DNA from: Lama guanicoe | Taxonomy: Eukaryota | Assembly (NCBI GenBank): GCA_013239625.1 | Contig: MU055753.1 | Coordinates: forward strand, 3,706,153 to 3,770,152 | Direction of reading: 5' to 3' | DNA: 64,000 nucleotides | Part shown: positions 44,790 to 55,800 of the stretch, in pieces | Numbering within the stretch: the stretch's first letter is position 1 | Layout: each line of letters starts with the position of its first letter | Notes under the pieces: generated by a model | The model's database searches: none | Told to the model about the DNA's origin: nothing | Seen by the model: only the letters and a program-made list of their open reading frames with translations | Position numbers and translations under genes: made by a program

Positions 44790-47318
44790 AGCACTGCCCA
44801 GTCACCCCCTGCTGGACCTCTCCTGCTGCCTGGGGCCCAGCATCCCAGAGCCGTGCAGCCAGGACGTGGCACTCTGTCACCAGGCTCCCCTGTGGCCTTT
44901 TGTGCTGGTAATGGACAGCATTGTCCTGGCCCAGATCCTGGTGGACACCTCCCACAACATTTTCCAGCAGATGTAGGAGCAGGCAGGCATGGGCAGCCCT
45001 GACACTGGGTCTGAGGAGGCCTGGGTGGTGACCCCACCCACACGTGCCCTGACCCTAGAAGGAAGGGCTCCCTCACTGTCTTCCAGCTGCTCCCAGAACC
45101 AGCACCCACAACATCTGCAGAAATGTCCTGACCTGCAGGTGTCTGGGGGTGAGGGTGGGTGGGCAGAGCCACCTTAATCCTCTGGCCCCCCACCCCACCA
45201 CAGTCCCAGGCCCTGGGGCAGTCACTGGGGACAGCCCTGGCTAGAGTCAGAGGTCAGGCTTGGACCCTGAAGGCCCCATCCCAGGTCCTAGGCTTGAGGG
45301 CTGCCTCCTTTGCAGATATCTGAGCTCAGCATGGGCTGAGAAGGGGCCCCTGAGCACCCCTTCCCCTCGACACATCTGAGTGGCCCTAGGGTGCAAACTC
45401 CCAGCTGTGGCTAGATACGCACCTGGGAAACAGCATCGTGTCCAACTAAGCACCTGCTGGGCTCGAACCCAAGGCTCAGCGGTGGGGAGCACGGGAAGCG
45501 GGCGCACGAGGGTGGGGTGCCTCGGGCAGACAAGTGGGAGGACAGACACCAGGGACGGCCGGGCTGACAGGCAGTGCACACCCCAGGCCCAGGTCCTGGG
45601 TAGACTTGTGCTGGCGCAGCTGGCCACCTTCCCTATGACCTCAGGTGCCATCACCTGGAAGCTGGATGTGGACCAGGCCCTGGACCAGCTCTTCCTGGAG
45701 CTCACCAGGTGAGCCTCGAGGCATGGCAGGCATCCTGGGCAGCTGGGGTGGTGCTCTCAGCCCCTCCCATCCTGCCCTCGGGCTATTCCTGTGCCCTGCC
45801 TGGCATTGCCAACCCCACATGGCAGGTCCTTCTTCAGCCCCTTGCCGACTGCAAGGCCCCCACCATGTTCCAGGACAGCTTCAGATGGTGAGTGGCCGGG
45901 CTGTGGCGGGGCCACCCCTCAAGACCATTGAGGTGACTTTGCTTCCCCACTGTCCTCAGGCTCCCGGAATGTCCCCAGTTCNNNNNNNNNNNNNNNNNNN
46001 NNNNNNNNNNNNNNNNNNNNNNNNNNNNNNNNNNNNNNNNNNNNNNNNNNNNNNNNNNNNNNNNNNNNNNNNNNNNNNNNNNNNNNNNNNNNNNNNNNNN
46101 NNNNNNNNNNNNNNNNNNNNNNNNNNNNNNTGCCTGTGGGGAGGGTGACCTAATAGAGAAGGGCCCAGATTGGGGTGTGGAGGAGCCCGGGTGCTTCGGG
46201 AGGGCAGGGTTGGAGGGCAGGGCTGACCCTGGAGGGGTCCTAGGTCACCTCCTCCACACCCCCCACAGAAGGGAAACCAAGGCAGATGTGGAGACATGGG
46301 ACAGAACCTCAGATAATTCGGGGCTGCAGCTCTCCTGGGCCAGAACAGTGGGAGGACAGCACCCCGGGCACACGTGAGGGGGGCCCTGTCGGGGTCTGCT
46401 CTGCAGAGTGGCTCCCTGTCCCCCACATACCCCAAGGCCGCCTGCTCCCTCCTTGAGAGTGGAGGTGCCCCCAGCACAAGAAAGACCTCCTCTTCCAGCA
46501 GGTACAGGGGACTCCCAGCTGTGGCGGCCCTGCTGGGTGAGCAGAGATTGTCAGGGGAGAAGGACAGGGAGCCTGGGGTGGGGTCTCCTGAGGGGAGCCC
46601 ATGATCTCACAAGCTGGGTGCTCCCCAGGTTTGGCTGCTGGGTCCCAAAAGCACACTTTCCAGGGTGACTCTCCCACAGTCAGTGGTCAGACCTGACCTT
46701 CACAAACCAGTAAAAACATCACAGAGAAAACTAGCTGAGCTTCCAATGGCCAAGTGGGCTCCAGTCACGGTGCAGGTCAGCCCCTGAGCTGTCCCCTGGG
46801 GTGGGGGCTGCCTGAGCTCCCCTCACTGGGGAGGTCCAAGGAGTGCTCCAGAAGGTGGCGGGGCCGAGGGCTGAGCAGGGAAGGGCCTGTCCCAAGCAGT
46901 AGGGGCTGGGTGACGGGTGACTGGAAGGACAGCGTCAGGGGTCACACACAGGGTTGGTGGGGGATCTACAGATGGGGGGAGTAACAAGGGGGTCAGACGT
47001 AGCAGCGGAGGAGTAGTGATGTTGCCTGTTCCCCCGTAGTGGGGGTGTTGGTCGCCAGCGTGCCAGAGATGGACATGTTTGTGAAAACTGACCCCAGGGA
47101 GGTCCGAGTGGGCAGTCAGGCATCTCTAGGTCTGTCATCTTCTCAGGCCAGGCTGGTGGAGAAGCTCTGGATGCCCCCCTCAACCCCTGCCTAGGGTACA
47201 CCAGCCCCAGACCTGCTGTGAGTGCAGGGTTGGGGCCTGCGACTACTTAGGGGCCCACAGGTCCCACAACACGCAGAGGGGCTGCCTCTCCAGAAGCCAG
47301 GTTACCAAGACCTGCAGG
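44790..47318 (+). pseudogene. Decayed multi-exon gene, probably multi-RGS-domain (RGS22/RGSL1-like)
   Basis: Splice-flanked, coding-like segments (about 44790-44976, 45316-45481, 45587-45708, 45826-45887, 46407-46536, 47261-47318) with in-frame stops (44974, 45337, 45447) and frameshifts. Translated fragments fit successive RGS helices. Family assignment is by eye only. Confidence 0.5.
45982..46130. other. Assembly gap (149 N)
   Basis: Run of N. Confidence 1.
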
Positions 47319-49374
47319 GTGAGCCTGCAGATCTGAAGGGTGTGGAGCACCATAGGGCAGGCAGGCCTGGGGGAGGTCCTGGGACTGGGGGTCCTGCAGA
47401 GTTCCCCTACTCTACCTGGCAGCCCCACGCCCCTGCCACAGATACTCCAGATGGCTCCTTGATGACTTGGGAGCTGAGTACAAAGTTGGGGTGCAGAGGC
47501 AACTTGGGGCTGCCAGCAAGCCCGACCTTGATGTTCTAATGGGGCCATGGCTAACAACACCGTAAACCACTTGCAAACCACTTGCAAACCTGCCATCAGG
47601 ACAGGCCAGTGGTTTAACAAATGGCTTGGAGTTGCCCCATCCAAGCTAGTTTTGTGCCCGGTGCTTGCCCCCCGAGAGCACAGACCAGTGGCCTGGCCGT
47701 CCTCCCTGGGACCCGTGGCAGAGGATGGAGCTGCTGGGCCCAGAGCCTGGTCAGGCAATAGAGGGGCTTCTCCTCTCAGCTTGCCCGCTGGTGCTGCTTG
47801 GCCCACTGTCCCCACAGAGATGAAGCCTCTGGGTCACCTGCTTGGTCCTCTTGGGGCCAGGGTAGGGCCAACCTTCCATGCCTGTGGACAGATGTGTGTG
47901 CACCTGTCCTCCCGAGGTCGGAGCGTCACCACTGCAGGGCCAGGGCCTCTCTGTGACCATCTCTTTCTGCTGCCTCTTGCAGCCCCACCAGGCAGGAGCA
48001 GAGGGGGGACACTGGAGGGCTGCCAGGCTCTCCCTGGGCCCTCTTCTCTCCCAGCCTGGCCCTGCCTGCCGAGCAGGTCAAGCAGGCCTCTCATTAGTGG
48101 CTAATTGCCATGTGCATCAGGCCTCCCAGGGCTGTTGCTGGGATCACACCTGTTGACAAGATGTGGCGGCCCCAGAGGGAAGGCACCGGTGTTGATTATG
48201 CTGCTAATGATGTGCTCATTGTCCACAGTAATTCCCTTCAACAAATAAAGCACGGCTCAACCCAGGGGTGCAATCTGGCTTCACAGAGAGCCTGAGGGGC
48301 TTGGTAGGGACCCCTCAGGCAGCCAGGGAACAGGCCCGCATATTTGCCTACAGAAGGCTACTTTCTCTCTCAGATTCTAGAGTAAGAGGCACAGGGGCCC
48401 ACTCTCACATCAGACCTGCCCTATTTGGGGTCCCCCCACCCCAGAGCTCAGAGTCTGGAGAAGACTTACAGGGCTGTGGAAGGGTCTGCAGGGACAAACC
48501 TGGAGGCTTTTTGTTTCCACATCCACTGAGATGGGGTGGGGGGAGCACGCAGGACCAGAAGAGATCTGGGGGATCTACCCAGAACCCCTGAGTGTGAAGA
48601 CCTTCACCTCAAAAGGAGAACCCTAGTTGACCATCCAAACTAACAAACAACATTTTCCCTAGCCTATAAAAGGTATGGAGGTGGCCTGAGAAGGTCTGGG
48701 TATGAGGCCAACCTAGTACTTGGACAGTTTTCTGAGGCAGGCCCCTGGGAAACGAGTCCCCTGTTCCACACAACCACGGCCACGCAGGCAGGGGCTGGCC
48801 AACCCAGCAGTCTCCCCACTCCTCCAACCTGCCACTCCTGGGCCCCTAAACTCAATGCTAGGCACCTCTCAGCAGGTGACCCCACAGTGCTGGGGACAGC
48901 AGGACGTCCCTGATAGGGGGCGTCTTGGTGGGTCCTGTGGATCACGGGCACCTTGATTCCATGGGCTGCACATGCCTGCTCCTACATTCCAGCCACTCGG
49001 AGTCCCACTTCTTTATAATTTCTTGGGGGACCTTGACCCACAACACAGTAACATTGGAGGATGCACTAAGTGTTTTGAAGTTATATGTTTAGGAACATTT
49101 TTAATTTATTTTGGAAAAGACAAAATCCCTTCTAATTGTGCCCACCCTGGGTCATTTTATTCCCACCGCACACAGGCTGTCTGCCTTGAAAAGATGGCCA
49201 CTGGCCCAGCCCCGGCTGTGTGGCAAAGTCCTCAAGGATGGTCCCTCCCTCCCACCTGTCCCCTGAGGGCCAACCTAGCCCATGTAGGAGGTGGTCTATG
49301 GCCAGGTGAGACAATTCTGTTAGGCAGCTGTCCTCTGACCCCTGGAAGTCCCACAAACACTTGGACCTGTGGCC

Positions 49375-49782
49375 TGTGGCAGGCTGAATGGTGAACCCCC
49401 AGATGTTTTTCCAGCAGAACCCATGAATCAGACCTTATTTGGAAAAAGATGCAATTAAGTCAAGGATCTCAAGAGGAGATCATCTTGGATTAGGGTGGCC
49501 CTAAATCCAATGACAAGTCCTTATAAGATAGGAGAGAAGACACACAGGTATCATGTGACAATGGAGGCAGACTAGAGGTATGCAGCCCAAACCTAGGAAG
49601 GCCTGGAGACCCCAGAAGCTGGATGAGGCAGGAAGCAGCCCCCTGAAGCCTTTGGAGCAGGCATGGGCCTGCCGACACCTTCATTTCAGACTTCGTGCTT
49701 CCAGAACTGAGATAATACATTTCCGTTGTTTTAAGCCCCCCAGTTGTGGTCCTTCATTCCAGCAGCCGCAGGACACTAACAC
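49375..49782 (+). mobile_element. MLT1 (ERVL-MaLR) solo LTR
   Basis: Begins tgtggcaggctgaatgg; contains ggattagggtggccctaaatccaatgacaagtccttataaga and ccagaactgagataatacatttccgttgttttaagcc; ends ctaacaca. Confidence 0.85.
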
Positions 49783-50321
49783 AGGTCCAGTCCCTCGCAG
49801 GGTGAAATTCTGAGGCCAACTGGCAGGAGGGGTCAGCAGCTCCACATACCTTGGTGGAAACCCTGCTGCTCCCATCCAGCGATCAGATGGTCGTCTTTGG
49901 CCAGAGTGGATCTTGTGGGCATGTCCAGAGCAAGCAGAGGCCGAGCTCTGCACCTGCTCCAGTTCACGGAAAGGGATGCCCACACACAGCCACAGCGTCA
50001 GGACAGCTGTACAGGCCGACCTGCCTGGCCTTAGGAGCTCCGGCCCCTCCCTGTGTCCTCACCTGGCCCTTGCGTTCCCCCAAGTGTGTAAACTCTGGTA
50101 TTGCACATGGGAAGTGCATGGTGAAAACTCGATAATGATGATGATGAAACAATTTGCAAACCATGAGAGCAGGCACACCAGAGACAAGGTGCAATGCTGG
50201 CATAAGAGCTGAGGGTCTCTAGGGACAGACATGGCTGTGAGTTAATAAAAGACCCTCAAGGGGCTGAAAAGTCCCCAATCCTGGCTCCACCCAGAGCAGG
50301 CAGGAGGAGGACCTGCCCTCA

Positions 50322-50363
<42 letters not shown>

Positions 50364-50412
50364 CAGAGAGAGAGAGAGAGCGCGCGAGTGAGCAAGTGAG
50401 CGAGCGAGTGAG
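50322..50412. repeat. Compound microsatellite (GT)n(GA)n(GAGC/GAGT)n
   Basis: Seen directly in the sequence. Confidence 0.95.
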
Positions 50413-50579
50413 AGCTCTGTTTTTTTTTAACGAGAAACTGACTCTGGTAGTCACCCAGGCACTCCTTCAGGGACAGTTCGGCCAATGGCATGAAACTGGA
50501 CAGACCAGGGTGTACTTACTGCCTGGGCCTCTCAGGGACACCTTGAAGTGGCCAGCTTGAGTGGTAGCCTCTAGCCCTG

Positions 50580-51152
50580 TCGTTTTTAAATAGTTTCATT
50601 GAGATATAAATTCACATACCATTCAATTTGCCCACTTGAAGTGTGCAACTCAATGGTTTTTAATATATTACATTACTAATTTTCAAATTATGTAACAAGG
50701 TGAGGGAAAGTAATAGCTCAGTGGCAGATGCATTTTTAGCATGCAGGGGTCCTGGGCTCAATCCCCAGTACCTCCATTAAAATTGAAATTTGCCACTGTA
50801 ACCATTTCTAAGTGCACACTTTAGTGGCATTAGTTACATTCACAACGTTGTGCAAACATCACCACCAACTATTTCCAAAACTGAAACCCCCCTCCCAAGG
50901 CCCTGGTGGCCTCTAATCTACTTTCTGTCTCTATGGATTTGTCTGTTCTGCATGTTTCACAGGAGTGGAATCACATACTAATGGTGTTTTGTGCCTGGCT
51001 TCTCTCGCTGAACATCGTGCCTTCAGGGTGCATCTACATTATAGCGTGTCCATTCTTCATCCTTCTATAGCTGAATGATAGTCCATCATGTGTATAGACC
51101 ACATTCCTTTATCCGCATCTACTGATGGACATGGGCTGTTTCCACCTTTTGT
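50580..51152 (-). mobile_element. L1 (L1MB-like) 3' end fragment interrupted by a short Vic-1-like SINE (50703-50782, +)
   Basis: attgagatataaattcacatacc, ctaatctactttctgtctctatggattt and gatggacatgggctgtttccacctttt; SINE tagctcagtggcaga...gctcaatccccagtacc. Confidence 0.8.
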
Positions 51153-52129
51153 CTAGCCCCTACCTTTGCTCCACTGGTTCTTGGGAAACGAAGACTGAAA
51201 CCACTCTACATATCTACACATCAGGTTCTCCCCCTCCAGCATTAGAAGAACCTCCAACCTGAACCAGAGCCCCTTCTGCTGTAAACCCTCTCCACTACCC
51301 CAGCCTAACCAACCCTCATCCTGCCCCCAAATCCCAACAGCACTTGCTATTCTCACACGTATTTTGTAAACATCCCCCAGGGCATTTCAGTGAAACTAAG
51401 TTCTTTTTGTACTTGTCTGGTTCTAATAATGAGTGAGATCGTTGAGATTCCAGGCATTGTATCCCAGACCTTGGTCAGATATTGCCAGGATAGGGGGTGC
51501 TGGGCTTGGAAGCCCACCAGACACAGCCTCTGGGGAAAGCCCCTCTCGCTGCTGAGAAGGAAGTTTCTGTCCTGGAAGCCAGGAGGAACACCTGCAGGTG
51601 CCAGCTGGTGGGCCTCAGTTAACCCCACAGTTAACCCCTAAGCAGGTGGAGCGTTACCAGGTAGAGTCAAGGAGAGGACAAGAACCACAAGAAGAGCATA
51701 GGCTGGGATGGGCCCCCTAGAATGTGAGATTGTGCCTAGCCAGTATTCTGGGGCTGAGCCTACCAGGGCACCTTCAGGGTTAGGCCGAAGTGGGGCCTGG
51801 AGATGTGCCAGACTCCACCACTGGAGTTTTCTGGAATGCCGCAATAAGAAGTGGTCATTAAATGTATATGATGACTCGAGAATTGAGTCCAGCAGGCAGC
51901 AGTCCTGTCTCAGGTTATGAAATCATACAGGAAATGAAGTTTTCTCAGGCTGGTCCCCGAAATAACCACAGACTCTCCCCACCTCCCCCAGAATTCTGGG
52001 CTCTGCACTAGGTTGCAGCCTTGGGAGGAACTTTTCCTCATCCCTGTCACTCTCATTTTCTTCCCTCTTCAACAGAACTGGGCGCCCCTGTGTTCCTGGG
52101 GCCCTTCTGGGTTCTTGGGCTGCGCCCGG

Positions 52130-52800
52130 GACTACTTCTGCAAGCTCCCGAAGCGGAGATGCCGGAGCCGCACACCTGATCGTCAGGTGAGCCCGGGACC
52201 GCCCAGGAGGCGCCTCCCTTTCCCGCCGCCCTGCCGCCCCTCCGCCCTTACGGCGGGGAAAGTGAGAGGCTCCCGGGCCCGCCAGCAGGAGACGCGCGCC
52301 GCACCGGAACCCAGTCCCGGGGCCTGATGCGCATGCGCCGCACTGGCGCTTTCCGGCAGCGTGGCGGAACCACCTCACCGTTTCGCGACGTTTGGCGACC
52401 CCTGTGTGCGGAAGTCGGCGGCAGTGTGGCGCCATGGCGTCGCCCTTCAGCGGGGCGCTGCAGCTGACGGACCTCGACGACTTCATCGCGCCATCTCAGG
52501 TGGGCGGGCCGGGCGGCGGTCGTGCGCGGGGAGGTCCCCCACCGCAGTGTCTCCCCTGAGAGAGGGGCTCGGAAGCCGGGCTGTTGGGCCGCGCAGCCCC
52601 GGGGCGACCGCGTCCGCTTCCATGGCGGGCATGGCAACAGGAGTCACCTAGCTGGGGTGGCGAACTCAGGAGTGGGGCCGGGGAGACCCTACCAGGCTTC
52701 TCTGGCCGGCTTCTTGCGTGTGAGCAGGATGGGACGGCCCCACCCAGCTGCGAGGGCAAGGGAGGTGTCGTCGGTGTCGCCTTCGAGGAGTAAAGCAGAG
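52130..52800 (+). promoter_or_regulatory. CIAO3: CIAO3 CpG-island promoter
   Basis: CpG island with a perfect NRF1 site TGCGCATGCGC (52328-52338), ETS cores (TTCCGG, CGGAAGT) and YY1-like GCCATGGCG at the start codon. Confidence 0.8.
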
Positions 52801-55800
52801 CTTACTCTTAAAGGGAACGGGATAGCTGCACTTGAAAGGTGGCCGCCTTTATCTGGTGTACCTGCTTATCGATTGCTACCAGCCATCCAGAACCAGGGCT
52901 CTGAGGGCCATAGTTAAGGAGTCCCAGAAAGAGGGGGCGGAGCTGGAGCACCGCACCAGAGCATCGCAGCAGGGAGAAGACAGGCCTCCCGCCAAGGCTT
53001 CCTGGGGCTGGTCGTCTTTGGGAATGCGATGGCCAGGGAGGTTCTCCAAGTGCTGAGAGAGACAGCGGGAACTTAAGGAGGTAGGGAGAGAAAGGAACTT
53101 TCTTCCAGGAACTGGGCTGGGAGGTGACCTCCAAGCAAAACTTTCCTTCTGACCCCTTGGCTTCCTCTCAGTAGCCAGTGAAACACTGGCCACTGGTCCT
53201 CTGTGCAGTGCCATGCCACCTGTTGACACTGAGGAAGGGTGAAGGGTCGGAGTTGGCTGTCTGCAGACAGGTTGGCGTGCAGACCCACTTAGCGCTGCCT
53301 CCATCTGACTGTGACCTGCAGAGTGACCCTTAGTGTAGGTGGGGTGTGAATGTAAGTAGAGTAAGTAGCCACACTGCCAAGACTGCTTCTGCTGCAGGAA
53401 GACAGGAATCGGGGCAGAGCCTTTGTCCCCCACAGCAGTGGTGTGGCCATCAGGCTGCCCCTCTTCCTCTGGAACCTTTGCACACTCAGGTCCCCGTTTG
53501 CGATCTCTTACTGGTGTAGGACTGCATCAAGCCCATGAAAGTGGATAAGAGGCCAGGAAGCGGCATGGCCAAGATCCACATCGAGGATGATGGGAGTTAC
53601 TTCCAAGTCAGTCAGGTGAGTTCCAGCTCAGGTGATTGAAACACATTTTGTTGCTCCATCTGATGACAAGTGCAGTGACCATGGGACCCTCCACCTCTCA
53701 CCAGTCTTTTCTCACTAGTCAAATTCATTGACTGCCAGGGAGGCTGGGAGAGATTGGAACCCTCAGGGATGGTGGGGAAGGAGAACAGAGGCTGAACATG
53801 GAGCAGAGATGGCAGTTCCCATGTTTCTCTCCCTCTCTCTCTGAATTCTAATTGTGTGAGATTTTCTAGTCCAGGTCACTTGTTCTTAATGAATACCTAC
53901 TTCCTGTGTGATTTAACAATGATAAGATCCTAATCTATCAGTGCTAAAATTTACCCCAACTCTTAGCCATCTGAATTCTCAAGAACATCCATTGCCATCA
54001 CATGGACCACAGGCACCAGGCTCACCGGCCCAGGGACCCCTCCCAAGCAGGGAAGAGCCACAGGATGGCTCATGGTGGGGCCAGACAGTGGGATCCCAAG
54101 GTCATGGGGAAAGAGCCACTGTCTACTTAGTCCAGGAGGGTGACCCAGCAGCACACCATGGGTCCCACCCAATCCTGGCACAGCACGGAGACCCAGGGTA
54201 GGTGAGAGTGCCAGTGAGCCCTGCTTCAGGGCAGCAGTGGTTGATCTGGAGAGAAGTCAGAAGCACACCAGCCTCCTGCTCAGCACAGCGTCACAGTCTG
54301 GCCCTTCAGGCCCATCCAATTGGGAAAAGGCATTGAACTCAAGTTGTGGCTTAGGTGCATAGTGAGGCCTAGTGAGCTGGGCTGGAAGGGAGTTCTAGTC
54401 TCCTTCAGCCCTTAGGTCACATTCTGGGCCCCTGAAGCTCACCTGGCCCTGGCTCAGATCTTTCCTGCGTGTGAAGCGGGAGTAAAGGGGTTTTGCTGGG
54501 ATCACTTGCATCTAAGAAGAGTTGCTGCATGTCAGCCTGGAGGCCTTGAACACCAAGTACTGGAACTGTCTGGCTGAGTCTGATGTGAGTGCCCCTCGTG
54601 TCCCTCTTGCACTCCACACTCCTCCAAGTGCCAACATTTGGCGGTCACAGCCCAGCAGGGCACAAGCTCCCACCATCTCCTGTCTTTGCCCCCTCCTCGT
54701 CATTGTGTCCTTTCTTCCTTCATCTCCACCCTGGCCTTTCTCCTCCTCCTCTTAGAGCCTGGCCTTTGGCATTTTCCTGTCTCCACAGCCCCATGAGTAC
54801 AGCCTGGGGACCAACGACCCTCCAAGACCTCTGTGACCAGCCAGCTGCTTCTCTGTAGATTTAATGCTTGAGGCCTCCTTAGTGTGATTCTGACATGCCA
54901 GCCAAGTTTGTACCAAAGTTAGAATTTGGTGCTACTATGAAAATCTAGAATGTATATAAATATTTCTGTAATAAATATTTAATTTCTAAAATTTTAGTGG
55001 GCACATAAAGCCATTCAGCTGCTGTGTTGTGAGCCAGAGAATGAAGGTTTCCTGTGGGTTCCGTTACCCTGAGCTCCACCGCTTCATGTCTTCATGCAGC
55101 AGGGCCCTTGGTATACCGAGTTCTCTTGCTTCCAGGACGGAGGGACTAGGAGGCTGGAGAAGGCCAAGATCTCGTTGGATGACTGCCTGGCATGTAGTGG
55201 CTGTGTCACCTCGGCAGAGACCGTGCTCATCACTCAGCAGAGCCACGAGGAGCTGCGGAAGGTTCTAGGTGCTAATGAGGTAAGCGGTAGGTGGTCCTCA
55301 GGACTCTACTATAACCCGACATCAGCCCCAGCCTCGCTTGCTCGTGTTGTCTGAGCAGCTCATCTCCTGGTGACTCTTGGCATCTTTAAGTCTCATCAGT
55401 GGGATCTCAGTGAATTACTGGTCAGTATTCCATTGTTGAGGTGCTAGCCCTAAATGTTAGGTTCTCTGTGTACACAAAAATGACATGCCTTGATTGAGTT
55501 AGGGTCTGGTCTTGCTAGCCCTGGCCCACTGGGAGTCTGTAAAACACACAGAGTGAGTGGCATGTCCCTTGCTTTGCAGATAGCGGCACCTGGTCACCAG
55601 AGGCTGGTTGTCATCTCGGTCTCACCCCAGTCCAGAGCATCATTGGCTGCGAGATTCCAGCTAAATCCTACAGACACTGCCAGGAAATTAACTGCATTCT
55701 TTAAAAAAATAGGTGGGTGCTGAACCTTGGGGAGCACTCCAGCTTGGACACAAGGCTCAGGGGGCGGTCTTCACACCTCTGGTCTTTGGACCTAAACGTA

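Noticed and set aside
44790-47318. Alternative identities for the fossil gene: RasGEF/RalGDS (LAQ.L, TW..LF.EL, KDL.F..G.P), PI-PLC X box (LVDTSHN), IL-6/IL-11 or prolactin helix A, and a third mesothelin paralog (CPQHKKDLLF)
   Set aside because: Each explains only some fragments or needs implausible deletions or intron positions. The RGS reading accounts for more fragments in order and recurs three times. None is formally excluded without an HMM search.
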